A stretch of DNA of 64,000 nucleotides from Adineta vaga (taxonomy: Eukaryota; Animalia; Rotifera). The position numbers and the translations under genes are program-made. Location of the stretch: assembly GCA_021613535.1 (NCBI GenBank), contig CP075497.1:3968001-4032000 (forward strand). Direction: 5' to 3'. The notes below the pieces were generated by a model that ran no database searches, was not told the DNA's origin, and was given only the letters and a program-made list of their open reading frames with translations. Positions 37,534 through 49,792 of the stretch are shown here, piece after piece. Positions within the stretch are counted from its first letter, which is position 1; each line of letters starts with the position of its first letter.

Positions 37534-38175
37534 TTGAGTCATATGATTGGTCTATTGTATAAATAATCTTATTTTTCATTGATGATTAGAGTATAAGTAA
37601 GTAAATGAATGAGCAACGCGAACGAGTGTTGCTTACTTGAGTTTTTCCTCAGGTAAATAGATCATCAATGAGTCAGTTTTATCTTTGAAAAAAATATCTC
37701 TTTTTCTTTCTATGTTCTTTATATACTTAAGTTTAGTCTACATGAAACTGCTTTGTCAAGAGTTGCTTTATCAGCGTGATGAATTAAAACTAGCGAACCA
37801 TATTTGTCTCACATGAATATTTATCTTTGTCAAAAGCAAGTTTTTTCCTTCGAACCTTTGTTCTCTAGTAGGTAAACTTGTTGTCATGAACATTGGTTTC
37901 ATCGAAAGTATGAAATTCAATATCACATGGTTCATCCAGAAAACGTTGACTACGAAATTATCTTCAACAAATGCTAAGTACTGTCATTGAGTATTCAGAA
38001 TCGAATCGATAAAAATAAAATTAGTCGAATTGAAGAATTACCTAAACTTTTATACATTGAAGTAACCATGTTTCGATAAGTTCATCCAGACAGTTATGTT
38101 ATTTTCGAATTAAATTCCCAAAACAGGTTTTTATATAGTTATTGATATTGACATCATTATATATTGAGTCATATG
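37534..38175 (+). promoter_or_regulatory. Cluster of AP-1/half-MARE TGAGTCA sites upstream of the Maf gene
   Basis: TGAGTCA at 37535-37541, 37669-37675 and 38165-38171. The 12-mer TTGAGTCATATG occurs twice (37534, 38164). Confidence 0.45.
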
Positions 38176-38325
38176 GCATGATTTCTCATCGGTCAAATAC
38201 ATTACAGAATGTGTCATTACGATTCTTTCAGGCAAATAATTCAGTTGTTTCAGTTATAGGAAGCAGTTAGATTAATTCTATTATCTTCAAAGTTATATTG
38301 AATTTGTAGATATTAAATTTTAATT

Positions 38326-38854
38326 ATGGCGTCAATAAAAAATGATATAAACGATATGGAAGGATTGGGAGAATCTTCACAAGTACGTTTTATTGTTTTT
38401 CATCAATTTGAACATAATTATAAATTTTCTTTACAGATTGATGATCATCAAATTATGAACATGAGTGTAAAAGAATTGAATACCTTATTAAAATCCATGA
38501 AACCTAATGAAGCAGCAAATATCAAACGTCGACGACGTATTCTTAAAAATAAAGGCTATGCAGCCAGTAGTCGTCATAGACAAACCTCTCTTGTGGGTAA
38601 TCTATCTGTTGAACGAAATCAATTAGTAAAACAAGTACGAAAGAGAAAAACCTGAATCTCTAGGAGAAAAAAAATCATGATATTTATTTACATAGATTTC
38701 TCAATTACAAAATGAGAATGAAACATTATCACAAGAATTACGAGGTTGGAAACAACGCTATGCTGATCTTCAATTATTGACATCACCATCAAGTAGTACA
38801 GTACCACACAATTCAACGACGAAATCTATGAATAGCAAAGAATCATCTCATTAA
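38326..38854 (+). CDS. Small-Maf-like bZIP transcription factor, 3 exons
   Basis: IDDHQIMNMSVKELN (Maf extended homology region), IKRRRRILKNKGYAASSR (basic region with the Maf-specific GY), and a heptad zipper to WKQRY. No N-terminal activation domain. Confidence 0.88.
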
Positions 38855-39111
38855 AACATCAAAAATAATAATCATGTGATTTGTTTTTGTTTTTTTTTCC
38901 TTCAACAATGATTCTTTTCACCTTTCAATATTGAAACGAACATTGAAATTGGTTTTTAAACATCATAAATATGTATAATGCAAAATGACTTTTCTTTTAC
39001 TAATACTAAACATCATCGCAACTATTCAGTTACTATAATAACATAATCTTTTTGTTCAGTAATATTTAATTAATACTATTATTTTAAAAAAATGAGTACA
39101 AATTATAATTG

Positions 39112-39487
39112 CTATTTTTTTCCGATTGATCGCATTTGAATTTCAAATTCGAGAAATTCTCGAAAACTCTTGTCATCTATATATTTTTTTAAAACATCAT
39201 CAATAACTTCCATGGATGCATTAGGATATCGTTGAGCGATTTCTTCTGCAAATGTAAACCATACGCCTACATAACATATAGTCTTTGATGAATATTTCAT
39301 TTGGAAATATTTGATTTCACTTACAATTAGCACAGTTACTCATACAACATGTTGTAGGTGGGATCAGATCATTATCTCTTGAATCATAGGGTGTTGATGA
39401 TGATGATGATGATTGCCATCTTTGAGAGATAGATTTTTTCAAAATTTGAAATGTTTTTCTATTTACAATACGTAGAAGATCATTCAT
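39112..39487 (-). CDS. OXLD1: Oxidoreductase-like domain-containing protein 1, 2 exons, mitochondrial presequence-like N-terminus
   Basis: PPTTCCMSNCANC|VWFTFAEE...IDDKSFREFLEFEI matches the P..CC.S.C..CVW Oxidored-like motif. Confidence 0.88.
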
Positions 39488-39630
39488 TATCTGGAAATAA
39501 ATCATTTTTTTTCAACAAACAAGTACAATCTTGTATTCCTATCCGATAGTAGAACAATATCCATGTATGTAATTCACAAAAGGGAAAAGAAAAGATATGT
39601 TTTATAAAAAAATCATCTAGAATTTTATTT

Positions 39631-40875
39631 TCAATCTTTCTGAGAGAAAAAAGGTGATCGACGAATGAGCTTTATTAAGGTATCAAATGTCATGAATGAG
39701 ACACCGACTGATATAGGTCCTTTTAACCAGTTCATTGTAACACCTTTATATAAGCCACGTCGAATACCTTCTTCACGAATGATTTTACGTGCTGTTGCTA
39801 GAGCACCTAAAGATGTTTCATTCGGTCGAATAACAGCTGCTGTTTGTAATCGACGTCGTATAACATCAAATGGATAGGAAACTGTTTGTCCAACTAAACC
39901 AGCAACAGAACCATAAAGCAAACGTTCTTTTTTATTGATAGGACGATGTGAACGATAATCTATTCAAAGAATAGAATTCAATGTTTAAATTGGTCGATTT
40001 TACTTACCAGTATGAATATGCTTTAGTGATTCATAAGTAAAAAAAACACAACCAGAATAAGGTATAACACCAACAAGAGATGAAAGTGCGCCTCGATACA
40101 AAGCTGTAACACCTTCATTACGAAGAATACTGGGAAAAACAGAGAATAAATTATTATATCTAAAAACAATATTCATAGAAGGATTATAAATTTATATTTG
40201 AAAGAATACATACACGGTTTTATTGGTTACTGCCATACGAGCACGTGCTAAATCAAGTGGATAAGTTATAGTCGCTGAAGTAACACCTGCTAAAGAACCG
40301 GAAAGAAATCGTCGTGCAGGAGTTTTTCTAAACATAGTCAGAAAATTAGATTGATCATTTCATAAATATCTTCTTACTCGTTTTTATCTGTACCAAGAAT
40401 ATACTTCCATTGTTCATGTGCAGTATAATTAAGAGCAGCGGATGGAATAACACGAGCTAAATTAGCAGAATTACCACGATACCAACTAGTAAAACCTTCT
40501 TTTCGGTAGGATTCTTTTAAAAATTTAAAACAAAGACGATAACTAAATTTATCAGCACGAACTAAAAGATAAATCAAAATACTTTTTTTGAAGAAGAAAA
40601 AATAGTTTAACAAAATTTACCTTGAAAATTAATCTTCGCTCGATCTAACGGTGCAATGGTTGTTTTCGCTACTGCACCTAGAACATTCATCATAAAGTTA
40701 TACTTTACAAAACATGATCCATGCTGTTTCTATACCTGCACAAGCACCGGTAATCATAGAGGAAATTATTTTTTGGGTATTGGAAAGCTATGAAATAGAT
40801 TGAATGATATTCTAAAGATGATTTTTGAAAAATATTGTAACATACATGTGAGTCTTCGTCTAGTTTCTTTGACAT
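39631..40875 (-). CDS. SLC25A42: Mitochondrial CoA transporter SLC25A42-like carrier, multi-exon
   Basis: [96 protein letters not shown]; three carrier signature motifs. Confidence 0.93.
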
Positions 40876-41312
40876 TTGTATAGAAATTATTCATGATTCG
40901 TTGAAACGAGAGACATCAAATATTGGTTTTTATTTTGAGAAAATAATATAAGAATGATAAATGTGCTTGAACACGAAGTTAATCACCGGAGAAGAAACAT
41001 ATGTATGTATTTATCTAAAAAAGTGTTCTATCCTTCAATTAATTGAGTAATTTTGTTTTTCGGGAAATTTATCAACAATTGTTTCAGAAAAACAGTAGTT
41101 TCAATAATAATTTCTCTTTCAAAATTTGAAAAATATTTTCTTCCTATCCTCAAAAGGTTAGCACGAACAATATTTTTTATTCGATATGGATCACAAGAAC
41201 TTCATCAGACTTATATATAATGTTAAAAGAAAAACAGAATTAATCGCTACGTGTTATTTATTTGCAATTCTAAAACAGAATTTATCAATTCCAGTAAACT
41301 GATAAATAGAAA

Positions 41313-42497
41313 ATGTCTTTACCATCGACTCAGCATGAGGCACTTGCAAATCTTGATCCTTTACTTCAACCATTTGAAGATATCAATGATAATCCAACAT
41401 ATTCCGATCAACGATCATCTTTTTTTTATACACCTGCGAATGTTATTATCGAAAACAATAATTCTAATAAACAATCGACTCTTCTTCCAAGAATTCTTCA
41501 TTATTTAGAAAGATTTTCTGGTATTTTCTATTCCTTAATTGCTTCATTACTATTTACATGCTCAAATTTTATCATTCAACAATTAGATGTCGTTTTATTA
41601 GATGTCTTTCTCGTTCGTTTTGTTATACAAGGATTTTTCTCATTTGGATATATTCTTTATAAAGGTTATCATCCATTCTCTTCAAATTATCATAATTTAC
41701 TAATATTAATTCGATCAATTATCGCTGCGATGGGTAGTATTTGTTTTTATCTTGGACTTGACCTTCTTCCTCTACCTGATCTAATTACTATACGATATAC
41801 ACAAGTTGTATGGACAGCTATTTTATCTTCGATTATATTCCGAGAACGCCTTACTTTACCAACAATAGTCGCAAGTATTTCAACACTTCTTGGTGTTGTT
41901 TGTGTTGCACAACCATCATTTCTTTTTACTAAATCAAATATTACGAATGGAACATTATCAATACCGATGAATAATAATAGTAAACAACATATTTCAGGTA
42001 TGTTTATTGCAATGTTATGTGCTATATCAATATCTTTGGGTATCATCTTAATGAAAAAATTACTTGAATATAAAGTTCGTGAAAGTATAATGATGTTTTA
42101 TTTTATTTTAACAACGTTTTCTCTTCTCCTAATTAAACAAATTCATTTTTGGATATTTTCAAAAACGAATCATCGAAAATTTCATATTCCAACAATCTAT
42201 TTAACAAAACATTTCATTGCTGCAACAAGTCTTGCTACATTACAATTAATTCCTATGGTTTTAACACAAAAAGCAATTAAACGTGAACATCCATCGATTG
42301 TGACAGTTGTTCAAGCAACGGATATAATTTTTGCTCTGATCTTAAAGAATATTTTCTTAACCGAGAAATCTAATAGATTAGCTTTAATTGGTTCAACATT
42401 AGTTCTTATCAGTATTTTTATACTTGGCGGACATAAATTTTGGTTAGATCGACGAAATCGTATCCGTCTTTCAACTAAAATTGAAGAAACGAACTAA
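41313..42497 (+). CDS. EamA/DMT-family 10-TM transporter (SLC35G-like), intronless, copy 1
   Basis: 394-aa ORF with about 10 hydrophobic helices. Contains RFVIQ, LPLPDLITIRYTQVVWTAILSSIIFRERLT, GVVCVAQPSFLF and AIKREHPSIVTVVQATDIIFA. Confidence 0.88.
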   Translation: MSLPSTQHEALANLDPLLQPFEDINDNPTYSDQRSSFFYTPANVIIENNNSNKQSTLLPRILHYLERFSGIFYSLIASLLFTCSNFIIQQLDVVLLDVFLVRFVIQGFFSFGYILYKGYHPFSSNYHNLLILIRSIIAAMGSICFYLGLDLLPLPDLITIRYTQVVWTAILSSIIFRERLTLPTIVASISTLLGVVCVAQPSFLFTKSNITNGTLSIPMNNNSKQHISGMFIAMLCAISISLGIILMKKLLEYKVRESIMMFYFILTTFSLLLIKQIHFWIFSKTNHRKFHIPTIYLTKHFIAATSLATLQLIPMVLTQKAIKREHPSIVTVVQATDIIFALILKNIFLTEKSNRLALIGSTLVLISIFILGGHKFWLDRRNRIRLSTKIEETN

Positions 42498-42903
42498 TCT
42501 TTTCAAATCATATTACAGAGAAAGCTGATATGATACTTTACGAAACAGAAAATAAGTTTTGTTTTTACTTCTGTCTGATGTAAGAATGAAAATACAAAGT
42601 GCATTTTGTGCCATATGAAATACAATGGATTCCAAAATGAAAAATAGTCAAGGACTTCTAGAAACAAAGCATTAGATAATTTGATTTTGTTTTTTTCTAT
42701 CAATATATGTAAGATTTATGAAACAAATTGATCTCTAAATAATACGTGACGCTTGTCATTAGAACTATTAAAAGTGCAAAAATCAAATGAGACACTTACA
42801 ATTGTGAGAGTAAAAGTCAGTTGTTCTTGTTCTTGTCCTCCTACTCCTTCTCTTCTAACTGAATAAAAGTCGACACATAAAATCGAACGAAATATTTACA
42901 AGA

Positions 42904-44112
42904 ATGAAGCAGGAAACATACATAATTGAAAATCATGATTTGATAGATGCCATTATAACGGATGATGAAAAGGTATGTAATGGTGATCCTTTAATTGAAC
43001 CATTGATCGATGCGGATGAATTAAAAGTGAATGTAAATGAAGATAAATCTTTGAATGAAAAAATTGATGTTTATAAACCAAAAACAACAACAAAATTATC
43101 TTCTCAAATTATTAAACGATGTACGGGTATATTTTATGCACTTTGTGGTTCATTTATTTTTACATGTTCCGGTTTCTTAATTAAACAATTACGTGTTGAT
43201 TTTTTCGATGCACTTCTCGTTCGATTTCTTCTACAAACCATCATCTTATTCGTCTTTATTCTTTATAAAAAAAATAAATTCATACATGGTTCAAATCAAT
43301 TAATTCTTCTACAAATCGTTCGTACAATCGTTGGAACAAGTGGATTATTCTTATTCTTTCTAAGTTATCGTTATATTCCATTACCTGATCTTACAACATG
43401 CCGTTATACTCAAGTCATTTGGACAGCTATTCTAACAATGATTATTTTTCATGAACGAATATCAATCGCAACTAGTTTAGCAATCATATTTACACTAACT
43501 GGAGTTACATTAGTTGCTCAACCAACATTCTTATTCACTAATTATCAATCAAGTACAAATCAAAGTAAAATTCTATCTAATCAAATAGCGGATATCGATT
43601 TCGAATCGGATAAATCTTATCGTTTACTTGGTCTATGTCTTGCACTTGGATGTGCATTATCGATATCATTCAGTATGGTTTTAAATAAGAAATTAATCGT
43701 ATCAAAAATTCCTCAAAGTGTTATCATGTTCGAATTTTCTTGTTTAACTTTTATTCTACTGATTATTAATCATATCTATAATCGATTTATTCTTGATAAA
43801 TATGTAAAACAAACGATGTTCACCTGGCAATTCTTTCTCGCTGCATCTGCTTCGTTAATGCAAGTATTTTCCTCAACACTTACACAACGTGCAATTAAAC
43901 TTGAAAATCCTTCGATTATTTCTGTTGTTCAATCATCTGACATACTTTTTGCAATTATCTTACAAAATCTTTTTTCCAAAGTTAAATCCAATTGGTTCGT
44001 ATTAATCGGTTCGTTTTTAGTTACAACAAGTATTTTTCTCGTTGGAGTTGATAAATTTTGGAAAGATCGAAAGAAATTTTCAAGAACATATCAATCAAAT
44101 ACAAAATTATAA
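42904..44112 (+). CDS. EamA/DMT-family 10-TM transporter (SLC35G-like), intronless, copy 2
   Basis: 402-aa ORF collinear with copy 1: IPLPDLTTCRYTQVIWTAILTMIIFHERIS, GVTLVAQPTFLF, AIKLENPSIISVVQSSDILFA. Confidence 0.88.
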   Translation: MKQETYIIENHDLIDAIITDDEKVCNGDPLIEPLIDADELKVNVNEDKSLNEKIDVYKPKTTTKLSSQIIKRCTGIFYALCGSFIFTCSGFLIKQLRVDFFDALLVRFLLQTIILFVFILYKKNKFIHGSNQLILLQIVRTIVGTSGLFLFFLSYRYIPLPDLTTCRYTQVIWTAILTMIIFHERISIATSLAIIFTLTGVTLVAQPTFLFTNYQSSTNQSKILSNQIADIDFESDKSYRLLGLCLALGCALSISFSMVLNKKLIVSKIPQSVIMFEFSCLTFILLIINHIYNRFILDKYVKQTMFTWQFFLAASASLMQVFSSTLTQRAIKLENPSIISVVQSSDILFAIILQNLFSKVKSNWFVLIGSFLVTTSIFLVGVDKFWKDRKKFSRTYQSNTKL

Positions 44113-44736
44113 GTTGTACACAAGATGAAGTTGTGTGGTGATGGTGGTTAGAAAATTGAAGAAAAGTAACATACCTGTTGAACAATAATTACATATTTAA
44201 TTCATTTTATTCTAGTCGAAAAATAAAATTCGGGAATCGCACAGTTTATTCTTCTAAATAGAGAAAAGAAAACATTTCGATTTCTTGAACAAATGAATCC
44301 ACGTCTAACTGACAGATCAACTGTTGAAACGATGTTATATTGGAATTTAAATCAGAGATATTGATCTATAAAATCTAAAAATGTAATGATATTGATCAAT
44401 ATATATGTCTTTCAAAAGAGAGAGAGTTCACACTGAATTATTAAAATTTATTGCAATAAAAAAGAAAACAATGACTAAATCATTCCCTGAGAGAAAAAAA
44501 AACTGACAATTAACTTGACATTCATTAGAACAAAAGGAGAGTATAAAGTAGATTGACATGGTCAATTTAACTGAGATAAATGAAAACACACACATATTCA
44601 AAACAAAAACAAATTCAGAACTATATTGAGAGAGAGTTCATTTATACAAGAAAAAATTTAGCTTTTTTTTGTTTGATGATCTATCCTTCCTACACATCTC
44701 TGACTATAATATTCCTGAGAAAATTGCAAATAGAGT

Positions 44737-47700
44737 TTAAGAATAAGCAGCTGTAAGCTGTTGAAAAAGTAATTCTTGTTGAAGTGGATCATTCTTATTC
44801 GGCATTGTTGCTGTTGATCGCATTGCCAAAAAGATATAAGCACCAATAAATTCATGTATAGATTTACTATCTGTACCATGTAATGGTAAAAATTGCACGA
44901 TTTCATCATCAAATTCAACTGTAACTAATTTTTTATCCCAATTAACGTTCCATGAACGCATTCGCGATATCCACCATGTTTTTAATGTTTCACCTGTCAT
45001 TGTCATACGTAAAAGACGATTTGATGCAATACCAAGTATTTCCTACATAAAAGAAAAACAATTTGAAGTGCAAAAGAATTTACAATTCATTTGATTTTAC
45101 TTCTTTTTTCGATGAATCTTTAAACTTAACAAGAAATGTTGAAATACCAAATTCAGGCAGTGATTGCCAAGCTTTTAAATATCGAAGTTTAGCTTCTGTA
45201 CCATCTAAATTACTCACAGTTGCATGTGCTTCAAGAATACGTTCTGTTAACTAAAAAGAAACATTTAATTAAGCGAATCATTTTAGATTACGTATACGTG
45301 ATTAAGTTTTTAGACATTAGAATGAATGAAAAGTTAATATTAGCTAAATTATTATTGTTCACATTCATTATTATTCTTTCCTTCTGTGCGTGTCTGTTCA
45401 TTATCAAGAAAGACAATACCATTATTCCTTTCCGATATCTCTCATATCGATTCTCAAGAGCAACAAATGATCGAAGTAATGATCAATCAATTCGATTGTC
45501 TACTGAGATTTTCTTGAACAATTGTTTAAACTATTTATTTTGTTTACTTTTCATTCTGTTCTTACATAAATGTATTCTTTATATATGTAAGATCGTCGTG
45601 AAGTAAATAGATTTTTCTTTTCGGACAAGAATATCTTCCATCGAATAAACTATTCAAGTATAATTCGATTGATTTGTCCGTTGATAAGAAGAAGAAGAAG
45701 ACAAAAACAAATAACGTAACAAACCTGTTTTGTTTTATATTTTTTAGCAAATTTGATCGAAACATAATTATTCGGTTGAATATCCGTTTTTGTATGTTGA
45801 GTATTTGATATTGGTAATTGCATATTCAACAGAGCGATGATCGATTCTCGTTCGGTTTCATAAGATGGTTCATCAATAGTTCGACCTTTCGATGCAAGAC
45901 GAAATGCTGCCATCCATGTTGCATATTGTTTTTCCTGAAAAAGCGAAATTCTATCAGATATTGTTCATGCTTTAAAAGGCAACATACAGTTAAACATTTG
46001 ATAAATGCTTCATTCATTCCATCAACAGATGGTATCTTTAAACGAATTGAATATTTCTTTGCTGATATATTTACATCAGGAAGAATTTCACAACCTTTCA
46101 ATGAAATTTTTTCAATTGGTGTACTACGTTGTTGAGATTCATCTGTATAATAAATTAATTGAGTATTATGTAAAACAAACCAATATCGTTTAAATGTTTT
46201 CAATAGAAATCGACGTGGTTTATAAAGACGTAAATAATCACATAAAACTTCTTTTGATGACATTAATGAATGAATGGATTGACTTTTATTTTTACCTAAT
46301 AATGAATTTTGTAAATGTTCAAGAGCTTGATCAATATCTGTATTATCATAATTATCATTGATTTCATCATTTTCAAATGTAAGCATTGCTTTTGATACTG
46401 ATTGAATTTGAATTTGTAACTATAAATTCATAAAAAGAAACATTTTACAAAAATAAAGATCATTGATTTTATCTTACTTGTAAAGCAGCAAATGTCATCA
46501 TTTCTTCTTCCGTACAATCAATATCTTCACTTAATACTGACCATTTTGCTTGTTCATATAATTGATTTATTCGTATGGCATCGAACTAGAAGAAAAGCAA
46601 TATTAAAAATGAACTCGATATTCATGGATATTACTTTAGGATTGAGATCGTAGAATGAATAATATTTAAAACGTAATAAAATGAAGTCATTTTCATGAAC
46701 ATTCTGTTCCATTAAAGATTTCGATGAATCAAACCATAAATTATTCAATCGACATTTTTCCATTAGATTAATTGGTCGAATCAATTGTGTAAAGAGATTT
46801 TTTGTTGTTATTGTACATGGTGTACGAGCAAGATCACCGTCATTAATGCTTAAACTATTCAATGATTTCGAAAGATTTGCTGCAGTTCGTTGATATGAAA
46901 TCGATGAATTTATTGATCGAAGTTTTGGTGTTGTTGGAATAAAGATTGTTGAAATTGTTGATGAATTATTTGCTAATGAATCTCCCATTGAATTATGTCG
47001 ATTGAGTGTACCTCCGATGTTTTGATGATGATGATGATGATGACGACGACGAGGTGAAGTATGTCGTTCATTGTTATTTGAGACTTTTGGTAAATGTAAA
47101 AAAGAAAGTTCCTCAGGATGACGAATTCCTAGATAGATCAAAATATAGATAGTCTTTGATGAACAGATATTGATGTTCTTACCAAGATCTTGACAAAGTT
47201 TGAAAACAGATGCAAAAACAGAAACAGAAAAATCAACAGAAACTGATAGAATTCGTAAATCAGGTAATTGTAAACGAAGATATTTTTGAGTATTCGTAAA
47301 TGTTAAATGAGCATCCGATTGTATTCCATATTGATCAAGTGTCCATTTGGTGTTTATTAACCAAATATTCGCTTTCGGCCACCAAAGTGCATAGTCACAT
47401 AAATCTTTTGACGAATCTTTAACGAAAGAATACTTTCAATTGAAATGAAGAGAGAAGAAATGTACAAAAAGAAATAATCGGTTCTTCTCATTTAGTTTAA
47501 CCTTGAAGAATACTTAGCGAAGTAGAACTATATACGACTGATTCCTTTTTCGGCTTTCATTATGGAAATGATAAATAGTTTTCTGTACTTAGAATCACTG
47601 TGAGGAAAAGATTTCTAAATAGATCTTTCGTTTAATTGTGGAAAATAACATGCTAAGAAAGTCTTTTTGTATGTAACTAACCGAGATAAGTCATTAAATG

Positions 47701-47814
47701 AATTATAATTGTACCAATTGACATGGATCCTGTAACCAAAAGAACTTTGGAATCGATTGCTAAATTCCATGATGGTAGATCAGTTACTGATCGTTGCCCG
47801 ATTGAAATAGGCAT
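44737..47814 (-). CDS. FERMT: Kindlin/fermitin (UNC-112) FERM+PH integrin adaptor, multi-exon
   Basis: DYALWWP..W...[59 protein letters not shown] domain ([12 protein letters not shown]), [47 protein letters not shown]. Confidence 0.95.
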
Positions 47815-47911
47815 ATAGTCCTTAAATTCAATATAAAAGGACTTTCAACGATCTTTTTCTTTCCTATTCTATTCTATCCAAACTGAATGCTATTGATGAA
47901 TAATATGCATT

Positions 47912-47928
47912 TCAATTGGCCAATCAGA
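47912..47928. promoter_or_regulatory. CCAAT box in the 346-bp divergent kindlin/NTF2 intergenic region (likely bidirectional promoter)
   Basis: caattggccaatcag carries NF-Y-type ATTGG/CCAAT on both strands between head-to-head genes. Confidence 0.45.
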
Positions 47929-48160
47929 AAATGTTGATTCATGATAGTATTCCTGTTGCCTCTCTCCAGCATTACTAAAGAATCAATTTCGTAAGAAAGA
48001 TGAAATAAAGATCTGTTAGAAAAAAAAAGAAAATTTTTTCAAATAAAATTTAATCATTTTTCAAAAACTGAACTTTCCATAGAATATCTATAATCATCTC
48101 TTCTCTTATTTTATTTCGTTCGTTTATTTATTGCAGAAGTAAATAACTAATTCTCAAAAT

Positions 48161-48654
48161 ATGGGTGATTTCAAAACAATTGGAAAAGCATTTATTGATT
48201 ATTATTACAGCAAATTCGATACTGGTCCACGAGACAGTGTTGCTGCACTCTTTGTAAGCTTCTAGATTCACATTCTTTGGGTTTTTCTTCGGGATAATAT
48301 TCCTTTCTCTTCTTTTCTAGGAACCAGTCAATGGCATGATGAATTTCAACAGTCCAGATTTTGCTAAAGGTGCTCAAGAAATCGCCGAGAAATTACGTAC
48401 ACTAACATTTCAAACAATAACACATACAGTATCAACGATGGATATTCAACCAACTTATGACAGTTGTATTTTTATTGTTGTTACCGGTGTTCTTAAAGTA
48501 AATCATAAAATCAAACTATTGAAAAACATGTTTTTTTTCTCTGTAGGCCGATAATGATCCACCAATGCAGTTTACTGAAACATTTCTCTTACGTTTTTTG
48601 AATAATTCATGGTTAGTTGTCAATAATGTCTTTCGACTTATTCTTCATGGTTGA
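48161..48654 (+). CDS. NUTF2: Nuclear transport factor 2, 3 exons
   Basis: MGDFKTIGKAFIDYYYSKFD..|..GAQEIAEKLRTLTFQTITHTVSTMDIQPTYDSCIFIVVTGVLK|ADNDPPMQFTETFLL....W.V.NNVFRLILHG*. Confidence 0.93.
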
Positions 48655-49054
48655 ACACAAAACCAATAAACTTGCTTCTTCTAGCTTAATTTCTTGAAAA
48701 TTACCAAACATTAAACTTATAAGGAACAGTTACAATTGTTTATTCATTAAATTTATTCTTCTATCTACCCTTTTCTTTTGTCGTTTTTATTTGTTAACCT
48801 GTGTTTTTATGAGAATATAACCACGGTCAATCAAATCATTAATTCATATTTCCTTTTTCTTCTTCTTTCTTGTTTTCAACTATATATTTTTTTATTCCTC
48901 ACTCACTCTCTCTCTCTCTCGCTCGTTGTTTAACATCATCATATCTACTTACAATAACTTGTCTTAGAGAACATATTTTTGAAAAAACGCGCTACTTCAT
49001 TATTTTTTTTGTCTCTCCATTCTATTCGAAGTCAAAGAATTTGAATTGAATTCA

Positions 49055-49750
49055 ATGAAAATATTTGATCGAAAAGATACATCTATGCCATCAATAGATT
49101 TTAATCAAAACTCAATCATGGCTTTGTTAAAAGGTCCGGATACTGAATATAAAAATTTATTAATAGAAAATAATCAGATGTTAAATACAACTAGAAATAA
49201 AGATCAATATCGAAATAGAAATTCATTTTTACAAATTCATGTTCGTAAGTTCAACTTTATTGAGTGAGTCGTTCTGTTGGAAAAAGAGTTATCTCTTGTA
49301 GTTTATCGAAAGTTGATAGCAATCTTCATGTTCTAAATTCTTATTACAGGCCCATTGACTGCAAAACAACAACGACACCGTCATTATCAACCAATGAAAA
49401 AACATGATAAATCTCTTCGTTTCACCTTTCCTATTAGTTATACATGTCCGATAAAATATAGAAAACGTCTTTCATCTCCTACAAGTAATTCTTCATTAGT
49501 ATCATCTCATTTCTCTTCGTCATCAAAACACCTTTCAAATGGATTAAAATCTCCTATTATATCCTTTAACGAAGATAACAACTCTTCATTAAAACAGGCA
49601 TGTCAATTATATGATACAACATTGTCCAATAGTATATCTTCATGTATTGTTCAAGATTTGTTGCAATTAAATAATAAGAAAGACAATCATATTCTCGCTG
49701 AACTCAATGACATATTTGAAAATCTTACTAGCAACAATATAATCACGTAA
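49055..49750 (+). CDS. Hypothetical Ser/basic-rich protein, 2 exons, no recognisable family
   Basis: ORF pieces 49055-49245 and 49350-49750 join in frame across a gtaagt...ttacag intron (QIHV-R-PLTAK). Confidence 0.5.
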
Positions 49751-49792
49751 CATATAAACGAAAGAAAAGAAAAAGGAAATAAATGAGAAAAA

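Noticed and set aside
44930-44975. Kindlin integrin-binding QW motif reads SW (MRSWNVNW)
   Set aside because: Invertebrate kindlins commonly have a small residue here and the Trp is retained, so it is not evidence of lost function.
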